Assembly: GCF_016432865.1 (NCBI RefSeq)
Contig: NC_067400.1
Coordinates: 622,170,001-622,234,000, forward strand
Origin: Antechinus flavipes
Taxonomy: Eukaryota
DNA length: 64,000 nucleotides
Direction: 5' to 3'
Below, piece by piece: positions 22,301 to 35,746 of this stretch; position 1 is the first letter of the stretch; each line of letters starts with the position of its first letter. A program made the translations under genes and the position numbers. Under the pieces are notes generated by a model. It was not told where the DNA came from, made no database searches, and saw only the letters and a list, made by a program, of their open reading frames with translations.

Positions 22301-23944
22301 TTTAAACATTTCTCTACTTTCAATCCTTTCTGGTAAAGGGATTGAATATACAAATGTATAGTATATTTTGTGCCAGATGGGGAAGGATGAAGAAAGTGGG
22401 ACAAACTTCAGAACAAAAAGAAAAAAGGCATACATTTGTGATTACAAATGTAAGTATTCAACATAACCCCAAAAATGTAGCTCCCATGTCAGAATCTGAT
22501 TGATACTCCTCTCAAAGTTATATTTTGAATGATTAAGAGATGCTCTCAGAAAAAGCTGGAAAGACTTCTATGAACTAATACAAGATGGCATGTACTTTGT
22601 AAAGTAACAGCAATATTGTAAGATAATTATCTGTAAATGTTATAACTTTTCTCACTATTAGAACAATCCAAAACAACTCTAAAGGACTTATGATGAAAAT
22701 GCTCTTTTCCCCAGACAATGAACTGATAGTGTCAGAGTGCAGATTGAAGCATATTTTTTTACCTTTCTTTTTTTGGGTTCTGTTTTCTTTCACAACATGA
22801 TTGCTATAGAAATATTTTGCATGACTATGCATGTGTAATATATTTTTAATTTCTCGCATTATCAATGGAGTAATGGTGGTGGAAAGTGAAGAACAAAGGG
22901 AATCTGGAATTATAATTTTGAAAAAGAATGGTAAACATTGTTTTTACATCTCACTTGAGAAAGATAAAATACTAATAAGAAAAAATAAAATAAAATGTTA
23001 TCATGGTAACTAATGACCAAGAAATATCTGCCTACCAGTTGTTTCAAAAAGCTAGATCTTTGACTTTGAAAGATTTCTTCAGAGAAGTTGTGGACAGAAG
23101 TGAAAGAGAGATGGAGTATCAGAACACTACACTCCCTTGGATACTATTCCATGTGAAACAAGGGTAGAGCTGAATAAACCAGTCACTTTTCTTGCCTGAT
23201 GCATCTGAATGGTAGAAAGTTGAAGTGACTAGCCCATCACCAGCTATGGTGAAAATTAGATAAAATGAGACAATTCATAAGAGCAGAAAGTATGACAGAC
23301 CAAATCAGCAGATCTGGTTCTTAAACAAAGAAAATATATTGTTGCATATGTTTCTCATTCATTTGCAATTCCTTCTTTCAGTCAGTGGAAGACTCTGTAT
23401 AGGGCATTGGTAAGATAAAACATTATGGTCCCTTTCTTCACTGCCAGCAAAAGCAACCAGTATTTTTGAAACTGTCTTTTTAAACTTCTAACTTTCTCTT
23501 TTAAACTGTTCACAGCTATTAATGAAAGTGAGATGACCGTGGAGGCTAAGACAACATTTCAAAGGACTTAAAAATTAAAGATCACCAATTTCCTTCTTGG
23601 CTTCTAACCTAGGTCAGGTACTTGTACTGATGTAGTCACTCACATTAAAGACAATAGGAAGAAAATATAGGGTCTTTGGTAGGATTTTTTCCTTCCCTAA
23701 GTATGAAATTTTTTAATAGATGGAATTCCTAGGGGAAGAAATGTCCTTTACTATCAAAGATCTTCATCTCCTACAAAAATCTTAAATTTCTTTCAAAGGG
23801 AACCTGTTCAGGGTCACATAATCACTACACACCATGGGTCATGCTGACTGTTTAGGTCTTATGTGGTAAGGATAAAAATGAAATAATTTCTTCTAGCCTT
23901 TGCAAATATTTTGTCCTTAATAATTGCTGATTAATGGACTGTTT

Positions 23945-23965
23945 GGTTTCTTTTTGCCTCTCTAG
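23945..23965 (+). promoter_or_regulatory. Likely splice acceptor upstream of the OR14C-like CDS (paralog ends at 42268)
   Basis: tttctttttgcctctctAG|gtca lies 28 nt before the ATG. This makes the in-frame ATG at 23934 intronic. Confidence 0.65.
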
Positions 23966-23993
23966 GTCAATCAGTGGGTCAAAGACTCAGAAA

Positions 23994-24929
23994 ATGTCTA
24001 ACTTGAACAACTCAATAACTGAATTTCTCCTTATGGAGTTTTCTGATAACAGAGAGCTGCAGATCTTATATTCTTTGCTTTTCTTTCTGATTTACTCAGC
24101 AGGCTTGATGGGAAATCTCCTCATTGTCATCATCACCACCATTGACAGGAGACTCCATACCCCTATGTACTTTTTCATTAGGAATCTTTCCATTGTGGAT
24201 ATCTGCTTCATATCAGTAACTGTTCCCCCAGCATCCATTAACTCCCTGGTGAACAACAGGGTTATTTCAGTTACTGGATGTGCAATTCAAATATTTCTGC
24301 TAGTCTGGATGGCCTATGTTGAGTACACTTTGCTCACTGTCATGGCCCATGATCGCTATGTTGCCATCTGCCATCCACTTCTTTATCCAGTGATCATGAA
24401 CTCTCATGCCTGCATGCAGATGACCTTAACCTGCTTGTTCACTGGGATTTTGTATGCAGGTCTCCATACTGGTTTAACATTTCATTTGTCTTTCTGTCAA
24501 TCCAATGTGATCCACCAGTTCTTCTGTAATATCCCCTCTCTACTCAAGATCTCTTGTTCAGAGATATTCTTCAATTTGATATCTTTATTTGTCTCTGCTC
24601 TAGCTCTTGTTGGCTGCTTTGTCTTCATCGTTGTATCATATATTAGAATATTTTCCACTGTGCTTAGATTTCCAGTGAAAGAAGACCAAAGAAAAGCCTT
24701 CTCTACTTGCATCCCTCACATCATTGTGGTTTCTTTGTTCCTTATTTCAACCTCTTACATGCACCTACAACCACCTTCAGATTCTGGGTCTATTAAAGAT
24801 ATAATCATTTCAGTATTCTATTCCATAATTCCTCCCTTTTTGAACCCTATTTTATACAGTCTAAGGAATCAGCAGATAAAAGAGGCTATAAGATTAGTAA
24901 TGAAGAAAAAAAACCTTTTTATTAAATAA
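23994..24929 (+). CDS. Olfactory receptor, family 14 (OR14C36-like), 311 aa, intact
   Basis: Motifs LHTPMYFFIRNLS, YVEYTLLTVMAHDRYVAIC, SNVIHQFFCNIPSLLK, KAFSTCIPH and PPFLNPILYSLRN. MAHDRY, QMTL and LHTG match my recollection of OR14C36. Start placed at MSNLNNS, not at the 23934 ATG. Confidence 0.95.
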   Translation: MSNLNNSITEFLLMEFSDNRELQILYSLLFFLIYSAGLMGNLLIVIITTIDRRLHTPMYFFIRNLSIVDICFISVTVPPASINSLVNNRVISVTGCAIQIFLLVWMAYVEYTLLTVMAHDRYVAICHPLLYPVIMNSHACMQMTLTCLFTGILYAGLHTGLTFHLSFCQSNVIHQFFCNIPSLLKISCSEIFFNLISLFVSALALVGCFVFIVVSYIRIFSTVLRFPVKEDQRKAFSTCIPHIIVVSLFLISTSYMHLQPPSDSGSIKDIIISVFYSIIPPFLNPILYSLRNQQIKEAIRLVMKKKNLFIK

Positions 24930-25183
24930 AGCATAAATTATATTTCTTTCCTAATGTTATTGATCTTACTTTATTTGTAAATTTAAAATCCNNNNNNNNN
25001 NNNNNNNNNNNNNNNNNNNNNNNNNNNNNNNNNNNNNNNNNNNNNNNNNNNNNNNNNNNNNNNNNNNNNNNNNNNNNNNNNNNNNNNNNNNNNNNNNNNN
25101 NNNNNNNNNNNNNNNNNNNNNNNNNNNNNNTTTCTCCCTCCTTTCTTTTTCCTCCCTGTCTTCCTCCCTCCCTCCTTTCTCTC

Positions 25184-25187
<4 letters not shown>

Positions 25188-25220
<33 letters not shown>
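25188..25220. repeat. (GT)n microsatellite beside an assembly gap
   Basis: Read directly. Confidence 0.97.
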
Positions 25221-25223
<3 letters not shown>

Positions 25224-26689
25224 GCATTGTTAGTTTATTAGTTGCTATTTATCTGTAGATGGGTAAAGATGAATCCCTGGTCTATATGAAAAAAAAGTCA
25301 CTAGAATTGACCTAAATATTATAAATTTCAGTATCATTAATGAGACATATTCACAAATTCCAAATAATATATTTTTTTAGCTCTTCGGTGGCATTTGGCA
25401 ATTCTGCTTATGATATATAAATGAGGAATGTATAACACATGGTTCAGAGGTTGTTTTTTTCCCCCATGTCAAATTCACATGGATAGTTCTGTTTCCTCAG
25501 ACCAGGAAGATTTCATCTCAACATAAGGATACTCAACATAAGGATAAGGATTATGCCTGGAGATTAATACTATGTTCTTTTTTTAAGTGACATGAATTTT
25601 TGGTATGTGATTGTGATGGAATATAATATACTGTGCTATAAGAAATGATGAGCTGACTAATCTTAGAAAAACATGAAAAAACTTGCATGTATACCTATTT
25701 GTGTATAATGGCAATCATCTCAAGGGATAGGAGGAGGGAAGAAAAAAGAAAAATAAGAAAGAGAATTTACTAAATAATTTTAATAAATATTTAAAGGATA
25801 ACAAGTTATACATAATGGATTTCAGTTTCATGTGTGATCATCTTTTTATTATACTATGCTATGGAAATGCTTGTTTTATTCCAAAAATTAAAATTAGAAT
25901 TAATTTTTTAAAGTAGTTTCACTTTGAATTTATTATTGTAAATATTTATGGCAAGCTTCATGATATAGAGATTTACAATTAGATAGAACCTTTATATTCT
26001 TCTTTGTATATAAAAATATACTTTTTTTCTTTTTAATTGTCTCTCCATTCAATAGCCATACACCTAGTTTACATTCTCTCCAATACTTATGGAATATTTT
26101 AATGCTCTCCTAATTGGTTTTTAGGACTCAGAAAAACCATCTTTAAAAATTGACTTCACACAGTTGTTGAATTACTTTATGTAAGGAATTTGTGTAATCA
26201 TGTCACTCTCCTATTCAAACAGCTTTAATAGCTCCCTGTAGCCTCAGGATCAAATACAAAGTAGAATATGTACACCTTAATGTATCTCACAATCTAATTG
26301 TAATCTTCATTGAAGATGGGAAGTAAAATAGCAAGTGGGGGAATCTCAGAATGGTCAGAAAAGCAATTAAATAATTAAAAGTCTAAAAAGAAATAAAGAT
26401 GGATGTTAGGATAATAAATGGTTGAATTAGAAAACAATAGAATTTGAACAATAGAGTATTTTAAACATCATTAGTAGTTTTTTTTTTTTTTGAAAAGTCA
26501 GTAATTGATTTGGAACACAAGAAACAAAATATAGAAAAAATGTTAAAATAAAAAAAAGAAATGTCAGTAGTGATTGAATGAATAACAAAAATTTTCTTTA
26601 AAAAATTACTTAAGAAACATTTCTTAAATTTCTTTAATTTTCTCAAATTATTTCTTAGAGTAATACAAATACTGGTCCAAACTCTGAGA

Positions 26690-27300
26690 AGATAAATATA
26701 ACAATTTAACCTTTGTTAATTTATGTATTCAATGTCACAAAATTAGATTGTTAAAAATAATTTTGCTGAATTATAGTAGTAATTTGGAAGAACAAAAAAT
26801 CAAGAATATCAAAGGAAATAATGAAAAAATGTCACACAAAAAGTTTTAGCTGTACTAGATCTTAAAGTGTATCATAAGGCAGCAATTTTTAAAATCATCT
26901 GGTATTGGTTAAAAAATAGAAAGGTAAAATAATGGAACAAAGTAAATAGGATTTGAAGTAGCAAAAAATATAGTAACATTGTATTTAGCATGTATAAAAA
27001 TTTAAGTTTTGGGCATAAGAATTAATTATTTGATAAAAATTGTTAAGAATATGAAAAGCAGTAAGGTAGAAATTGAGCCTTTCACCATTTATTGTTAGGG
27101 TTAAAATTGTTTTAAGACTTAGAAATAAAGGGATATAATAAGAAAAAAATCTGAAGAATATGAACTATATTATTTAAGTGACTTCTGGACATGCAAATGA
27201 TTTGTGAATTCATAAGAGGTAGAGAGCAGAATGAGATGAAATTTTGTACACAAAAATATAGCTGAGATTAGAAGGAAAGCAAAAATTGGAGAAATTTTTA
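26690..27300 (+). mobile_element. Old L1 ORF2 fragments (paralog about 45570-46200)
   Basis: ggaagaacaaaaaatcaagaatatcaaaggaaataatgaaaaa...tagatcttaaagtgtatcataaggcagcaatt is L1 ORF2-like. Confidence 0.7.
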
Positions 27301-27367
27301 TTTTAATTTTTCATTAAAGCTTTTTAATTTTCAAAACATATGCATAGATAATTTTTAATGTTTACTC

Positions 27368-27884
27368 TGTTGAGGTCTAGATTTGGGGTACCTAAGTGAA
27401 ATTAGGGTTTAGTTGAGGTCTAGTGACAAATTCAGGGTACAGGGAGTCAAGCAAAGATCTCCTGCAACCCCCTTGGATTCGGCGCAAGGATACGGCGGTA
27501 AATGGGGTCTAGTAGTGGCTTGAGTTCCCAATAAAAGCATTTATTGGTCCAGAGAGCTAGATTGATAAAAGAGGTTTATTATTAGGTGAAGATAGAGATA
27601 AGGAGAGCTCTGGACAAAGGGTCCAGTGGACAGAGGGTCCTCACATGGATACCATGTTTGGAATCCCTGCACAGAGGAGTTCCCAGCATGGCCTTTTTAT
27701 AATAGAAGACTTAGCTCGAGGGGCTTTTGGGTGTAGCCCCAAAGTTGGTTCAGATCCAGGTGGGGCTGGGACAAGTCCGGATCTTCTATTGGAATTCAAA
27801 GGAACCAGGATTTGTGAGCTAAAGGGAAATTACATTATCAACTAGGAGAGGGTGGGAATCTAGAAAGAAATCTTTCCCTCATCA
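27368..27884 (-). mobile_element. Solo LTR (ERV1-type), specific to unit 1
   Basis: 517 bp with TG...CA termini on both strands. The minus strand has TATAAAAAGG and AATAAA. Candidate 4-bp TSD actc/agtc (1 mismatch). Empty site in unit 2 near 46258. Confidence 0.85.
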
Positions 27885-29309
27885 AGTCTTGCAAAACCTT
27901 GTGGTCCAATTTTTTCCTCCCTTTCCCCACTTCTTTTCCTAGACAGTAAGTAATTCAATATGTGTCAAACATTTCCAATTCTTCTGTACATATTTGGAGG
28001 AAAACTTTATGTTACCCATATAAAGGTCTTATGTCTTAAATACATACAGATTTTTTTTTCAAATCTATAATTATGCAAGTCTTTCCTCAGTTGATAAATG
28101 GTCAAAAGATATAAACAGGAAGTTTTTCAGTGAAGACATCAAGATAATTTATGCTCATATGAACATGCTTCAATTCATTAATGATTAGAGACATGCAAAG
28201 TAAATGATTTTGACATGCCATTTTACATCTAATAGATTGTCTAAGATGATAAAAGCAGAAAGTTATAAATGTTGGTGCGGATAAGGAAATTTTTTTCAAA
28301 TAATAGCTTATTATTTTCATAATGCATGCAAAAATAGCTTTCACTGTTCATCCTTGCAAAAACTTGTATTCCAAATTATTCTGCTTCCCTTTCCCCTGCT
28401 CCCTCCCCCAGGCAGCAGGTAATCCAATATACGTAAAACATGATCATGGAATCATGATATGGAAAAAAAAATTGAAAAATGAATTCATTTTTGGAATTAT
28501 GAACTGATCCAACAATTTTGTAGATCCATCGGGAATTGTGACCAATGAGTTATTATATTATCTACAGCTTTTGTACTATTAATACCACTACCACCTCTAT
28601 TTCCAAAGATGAGTACTTATAGCATCTCTCTTTGTGTTAGCAAATATTTGGAAAATTTGGGGGAATGGTTGAAAATTGTGATATTTGATTCTCATGAAAT
28701 GTTTCTGTGCTGTAAGAAATGATGAGTCATTGCTTTTAGAAAAAAAAAAAACAGAAATATTGGAGAGTAAAATGAGCAGAATTGAGAGAATACAATATAT
28801 AATAATAGCATTTCAGTTTTAAGAACAACTTTAAGTGGCTAAATCATTTTAACAATGACAAATAACCTAAATTAACTACACATGTTATATGAAGGAATGC
28901 ACACAGAGAAAGATAAAAAAATACAAGTGTATATTGAATAGTTTTACACATATACACATATGTGTCTAATGGTAGCCTTTGCTTGCACAAAAATTACTTT
29001 ATTATATAATAAAATGGAATAGCAAGTTTAACATAATAAATTTGTAGTTTCATGTCCAATGATTGAAAAATTCTACTCTGTTCATAGAAATTCTTGTTTT
29101 ATACCATAAATTACAAATAAAGGAGTATTTTCAAAAAGAAAACTATTCGTTCCCTTGAGGCATTTAAACTCTAAGTGAAAGGGAAAAATAAAACAAATTT
29201 CAGACACTGGCTAAATGAAAGGCTGAGAAATTCTAAGTTTTCAGGGTATCTGTAGCAAAACCATCCCTAGGTTACATCACTAGTCCAGATAACATGTGAA
29301 AGTCTTAGT

Positions 29310-31051
29310 TTTGTAATTAGTTCAATTGTTTTCTCAGTCTCTATTTTATTTCTTTTGAGTTTCAAAATTTCTAATTTGGTATTTAATTGAAGGTTTTAAA
29401 TTTGTCATTTTCTAGCTTTTTTAGTTACATGAATAATTCATTGATCTCCTCTTTCTCTTTTTTATTTATGTTGCTATTTAGAGATATAAAATTTTCCCCC
29501 AGAATTGTTTCAGCAGCGTCTCACAAGAAGAAATAGACAGACAAAACTATTCTAGTGAGGAACCTCACCCTCCCTCTCTCAGAACTAGATAAATCTAACC
29601 ACCAAATAAATGAGAAAGAAGTTAAGGATGTAAATAGAATTTTAGGGAAATTATATAGAACAGACTTTGGAGAAAAGTGAATGGGAACAGAAAGAAATCT
29701 AATTTTTTTCTCAACAGTACATGTCACATTCAAAAAATTTGAACATATTTTAGGGCATAAAATCTCCCATTAAAGTGCAGAAAGGCAGATATATTAAATA
29801 TACTCTTTTCAGATCATGATATAATAAATGTATAGGTAATAAAGAGTTACTGAAAGATAGACTAAAAATTAAATGGAAATTAAACAATCTAATCCTGAAT
29901 GAGTGGATTAAACAATGAATCAGAGAAACAATCAAGGCAGATATATTAAATACACTCTTTTCAGATCATGATACAATAAATGTATATGTAATAAAGAGTT
30001 ACTGAAATATAGACTAAATTAAATGGAAACTAAATAATCTATTCCTGAATGAGTGGATTAAACAATGAATTAGAGAAACAATCAATGACTTCATCCTAGA
30101 GTATGACAATAATAAGACAAAATACCAAAATTTATGAGGTGCAGCCAAACAGTTCTTGGGGAAATTTTTTATATCTCTAGGGACTTACATGAATAAAGTG
30201 CATAAATTAATAAATTGGTCATGCATGCAAAGAAAAGAGCTAGAAAAAAGAATAGGTTTAAAATTCCCAATAATGGAAAATTAGAAATTCTGAAAATCAA
30301 AAAAGAGCTTAATAAAATTGAAAGTAAGAAAATTATTAAACTAATAAAAAAAACTAAGAATTGATTTTATGAAAAAAACTATTAAATTTTATAAATCTGA
30401 TTAATTTGATTAAAAAAAACAAAGAAAACCAAATTACCAGTATGAAAAATGAAAAGAATATATTCACCACCACTGGAGAGGAAAATAAATGCATGTGTGC
30501 CAATACATAGAAATGTCAATAGATATGACAATATAAGTGAAAGAGACAATATTTACAAAAATATAAATTGTCCAAAGTTTCAGAAAAATAAATGAAACAC
30601 TAAACCTCACTTTAGAAAATAAAATTGAACAAGACATCAATTAACTTCCTAAAAAAAAAATTTCCAGGGTCAGAGAAGAAAGCTATCTACATCCAGAGAG
30701 AGGACTGCATGTAAAACACAATAGAATTTTCACTCTTTTTTTTTATTGTTTGCATTTCTTTCTTTTTGATCTGATTTTTCTTATGCAGGAAGATAATTGT
30801 ACAAATATGTATACCTATATTGGATTTAACATATATTTCAACATATTTAACATATAATGGATTACTTGCCATCTAGGAAATTTGGAACACAAGATTTTGT
30901 AAGGGTCAGTATTGAAAATTTTTCCATGAATATGTTATGAAACTAAAAAGCTTCAATAAAAAAGAATTAAAGAGTAATCTTAGTGCTATACCTAACACAA
31001 ACAAAACAAAGAAGGAAGATATTCTCTTGTTAAAGAGAGAGAGAGAGAGAG

Positions 31052-31106
<55 letters not shown>

Positions 31107-34100
31107 AGAAATTGCTTTGGAATACTGAACCACTAAGAAGAACCAATCTTTTATAGTTGATCATCACATTCTTGTTGTTTTTGTGTATAATGTATTGGTT
31201 ATGCTTATTTCTCTTAGCATCAGTTGATATAAATCCAAACCTTTCTAAAATCAGCTTGTTTATCATTTCTTATAGAAATGATACCCTATTGCATTCATGT
31301 ACTAGACCTACTTCAGCAATTCCATAATTGATGGACATCTACTCATTTTGTAATTCTTTGGTACCACAAAAAGAGCTGCTATAACAGATTTGCATATGTG
31401 TGTCCTTTCCCTTCCTTTATAATTTCCTTGGGATACAGACTAAGTAATAGTACTGATGGGTCAAAGGGTATGCATAATTTTATAGCAATTTAAGCATAGT
31501 TCCAAATTGCTCTCCAGAATGCTTGGATCATTTCACAACATGAATAATGGATTAATATCCCAGTTGCCTCACATTCCCTCCAAAATTTATCATTATCTTT
31601 TGCTGATATCTTAGCCAGTCCAAGAGATTTGCATTTCTCTAATCAATAGTGATTTAGAACATGTTTTATATAATTATAGATATCTCTAATTTCATCATCT
31701 GAAAAATGTCTGGCTATATACTTTGACCATTTTTCAATGGGGAATGACTTGTATTCTTATGAATTGGATATAGTTCTTTATATATTTTCAAAATGAAATC
31801 TTGGCTGGAAATATTTCCCCCAGCTTTTTATTTCCTTAATCTTGTTTTTGTTAATTTTGTGCAAAAACTGTTTTTTTTGTCAAATAGTGAATTCTTATTC
31901 CTGCAGCTGGAGTTTAGAGGTTCACCAAGTACTAGATTGCTATAAGTCTTGATTATTGATCATGTATATTTAATCTGTTCCACTGAGTCACCACTGTATT
32001 TAATAGCAAATACCAAATGATTTTGATGGCTGCTGCTTTATAATATTCTTTTAGGTTTTGTACTGCTAAGCTACCATCCTTTGTGTTTTTCCCATTAATT
32101 CCTTTGATAATCTTGACCTTTATTCTTCCAGATGAATTTTGTTATTATTTTTTCTTATTCTACAAAATAATTTCTTTGTAGTTTGATTGGTGTGGTACTG
32201 AACAAGTAGACCAATTTAGGCAGAATTGCTATTTTTATTATATTAGCTCAGCCTACCCATGAACATTTTATATTTTCCAAATTGTTTAGATCTGACTTTG
32301 TGTGAGAAGTTTCTAAGTATATTATCATATTTTCTGCCAAGAGTGATAGTTTCATTTTCTCATTCTCTATTCTAATTCCTGTATTTTTTCTTTTCCTTTT
32401 GCTAAATATAATATTTCTAATTTTCTAGATGTCGATCAATGAAGTTGAATAATAATGTTGATAATGGGCATCTTTCTTTCATCCCTGATCTTGTTTGAAA
32501 TGAGTCTAGCTTCTCTCCATTACAAATAATGATTACTATTGGTTTTAGATACTTATTACTTATTGCTTATTACTTAAAGGAAAGCTTCCTTTATCCCTAT
32601 GCTCTCTAGTGTTTTCACTAGGAATGCATGCTATTTTGTCAAAACCTTTCTGCATCTATTGAGATTACCATATGATTTCTACTGGTTTTATTATCGATAT
32701 GATCAATTATGGTAATAGTTTTCCTGATGATGAACCAGCCCTGCATTCCTGGTATAAATCCCACTTGGTCATAGTGTCTTATCCTGCTGATAAATTGCTG
32801 TAATGTTTTTTGCTAATATTTGATTTAAAACTTTTGCATCAATATTCATTAAGGAGATTGGTCTGCAATTCCCTTTCTCTGTTTTGGTTCTTCCTAGTTT
32901 AGGTATCAGTGACACACTTATGCCATAGAAGGAATTTGGCAGTGCTCCTCTACCTATTTTTTTTTTCAAATAGTTTGCATTGTATTGGAATTGATTGTTC
33001 TTTAAATGTTTGGCAGTATTCACTCATGAATCCATTTGGCCCAAGATATTTTTTCTCAGTCTTAGATATTTTTCTTATTCTTTCAAGTCATTAATGACTT
33101 GTTCAATTTCTTATTCTAAAATGGTATGTTTAAATAATTTATTTCCTCTTCTTTTAATCTGGGCAATTTATATTTTTGTAAATATCCATCCATTTTGGTT
33201 AGATTGTCAGATATGCTGCCATACAATTGGCAAAATAGCTCCTAATTATTACGTTAGTTTCTTTGTCATTGGCAAGTTCACTCTTTTCATTTTTAATGCC
33301 GATAATTTGGTTTTTTCTTTCCTTTTTCTAATCAAATTAACCAAAGCTTTTTCAATTTTGTTGTTTTTTTATAAACCCAACTCTTAGTTTTATTTATTAA
33401 TTCAATAGCTTTTTTAGCTTCAATTTTATTAATCTCTCCTTTGAGTTTTAGAATTTTTAATTTGGTATTTAATTGGAGAGATTTATTTTGTTCTTTTTCT
33501 AGTTTTGTTAGTTGCATACCCAATTCATTGATCTCTTTCTCTCTTTTATTCATGTATCAATTTACAGCTTTAAACCTTCTCCTAAGAACTGTTTTGGCTA
33601 TATTCCATAAGTTTTGCCTTGTTGTCTCATTATTGTTCTTCTCTGGAAGGAAATCATGTATAGTTTCTGTGATTTGTTTTTTTACCTACTCATTTTTTAA
33701 AAATTAGATTATTTAATTTTGAATTGGTTCTTAGTTTATTTTTCTCTGCCCCTTTATTAAATATAATTTTATGCATCATGGTCTGAAAAAGAAATATTTG
33801 CTGTTTCTGTCTTTCTTTATTTGATTATGAGGTTTTTATGCTGTAATACATGATCATTTTTTGTGTAGGTGCCATATACTAAAGAGAAAAAGTGTATTTC
33901 TTTTGGTTCTTATTCAGTTTTATCCAGAGGTCTATTATATTCAGGTTTTCTTTTTTTTTAATAACTTTTTATTGACAGTATATATGCATGGGTAATTTTT
34001 TACATTATCCCTTGCACTCACTTCTGTTCCGACTTTTCCCATCCTTCCCTACATTCCCTCCCCTAGATGGCAGGCAGTCTTATACATGTTAAATATGTCA

Positions 34101-35266
34101 CAGTATATCCTAGATACAATATGTGTATGCAAAACCTAACAGTTCTCTTGTTGCACAGGAAGATTTCAATTCAGAAGATAAAAATAAGCTGAGAAGAAAA
34201 ACATGCAAACAGTTCACACTCATTTCCCAGTGTTCCTTCTCTGGGTGAGGCTGATTCTGTCCATCACTGATCAACTGGAACTGAATTAGATCTTCTCTTT
34301 CTTGAAGATATCTACTTCCATCAGAATACATCCTCAGAGAGTTGTTGAAGTGTATAATGATATCCTGGTTCTGCTCATTTCACTCAGCATCATTTCATGT
34401 AAGTATTTTCAAGTCTTTCTGTATTCATCCTGCTGGTCATTTCTTACAGAACAATAATAATATAAAATTTCTCCTTATTACCACTTTGGCTGCATCCCAC
34501 ACATTTTGGTATGATGTCTCTTTATTGTCATTTTCTTGGGTGAAGTTATTAATTATGTTTATGATTTACTGTTTCACCCAATCATTCTTTAGTATGAGAT
34601 TATTTAGTTTCCAAATTTTTTTGTCTATTTTCCCCTGACTTTTTATTGAATATAATTTTCAATGTTTCGTGGTCTGAAAAGGATGCATTTACTATGTCTA
34701 CCTTACTGCATTTGAGTTTAAGGTTTTTATGTCCTAATATATGGTCAATTTTTGCATATGTTCCATGAACTGCTGAGAAAAAGTGTACTTTTTTCTGTCT
34801 CCATTTAGTTCTCTCCAAAAAACTTTCTATCATATCTAACTTTTCTAGTATTCTATTTCCCTCTTTGACTTCTTTCTTATTTATTTTGTGGTTTGATTTA
34901 TCTAATTATTTGACTTTTCTTCTCAGGTTATTTTTACCTTCTGAATCGAATTCTTCCTGTGCAACAAGAGAACTGTTAGGTTCTGCACACATATATTATA
35001 TCTAGGATATACTATAACATATTTAACATGTATAAGATTTATTAGATAAATCAAATTCTGAGAGTACAAGGTTGAGATCTCCCACGCTTATAGTTTTGCT
35101 GTCTATTTCTTCTTGCAGCTCTCTTAATTTCTCTTTTAAGAATTTAGATACTACACCATGTGGTGCATACATATTTAATATTGATATTGCTTCATTATCT
35201 ATTCTATCCTTGAGCAAGATATAGTGCCCTTCCTTATCTCTTTTACTTAGATCAATTTTTACTTTT
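29310..35266 (-). mobile_element. Mosaic of L1 ORF2 and 3'-UTR fragments of several ages (mostly minus; plus-strand segment about 29530-31010; (GA)n at 31033-31108)
   Basis: ORFs GALPNSFY...[33 protein letters not shown] (RT region) and FFSAVHGTYAKIDHILGHK (endonuclease). Young 3' UTR at about 33950-34460. Confidence 0.9.
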
Positions 35267-35746
35267 TGTAATGTTCTTCTCTAAAATATAATGTTTCCCG
35301 GGAACAGGTTTCTTGCGGGGCTTCTGGAGGCAGCTTTCCTTTCAGTTCAGTGTAATCACTCCAAATGCAGTCAAGAGTTAAAATCCAAATCCTTTATTGT
35401 CTCCTTCAAAATAGCCCAGTTACCTTTTTTAGAGTCCTATCTCTTGGTTCTGAGAGCTTTTGCAGCTAGTCCTTTGTCTCTGCTAGCTTTAGCCTCTTTT
35501 CCTCCAAATCTCCAGCCAGAACAAAGGTGGAAGTTGGAATGAATCTGACTCCGCCTCTGACAGTGGGCTTGTGAGCTTTCCTAAGTGCATCCTGGTTGAG
35601 ACTCCTAGCTTATACATGCTCTCTTGAAAGTGTGAATCTTGTGGAACTCTTAATAAGTACTAAGTACATTTAGAGAACTGTTAAGCACCCTGATGAACAA
35701 TCATTGCCTCTATCAATTCCACTGACTTAGCACCTTGTAAGAATCA
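35267..35746 (-). mobile_element. Solo LTR nested in L1 ORF2
   Basis: tgtaatg...gaatca termini, minus-strand TATA-like (atgtataa) and AATAAA. L1 sequence resumes at tgcttgatctgagatcagg. No clear TSD. Confidence 0.75.

Noticed and set aside
22057-22336. Phe/Ser/Pro-rich membrane-like ORFs (also 40350-40672, 30906-31266)
   Set aside because: They arise from CT-rich and (GA)n low-complexity tracts.
23934-23993. 20-aa N-terminal extension (MDCLVSFCLSRSISGSKTQK) of the first OR14C ORF
   Set aside because: The ATG lies upstream of a strong acceptor (tttttgcctctctAG at 23965), and the paralog's equivalent ATG is followed by a variable poly-T tract. It is most likely intronic.
29330-30330. Inverted L1 arms suggesting twin-priming or a fold-back duplication
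   Set aside because: The arms are only about 70% alike by eye, which fits two old independent L1 fragments in opposite orientation.
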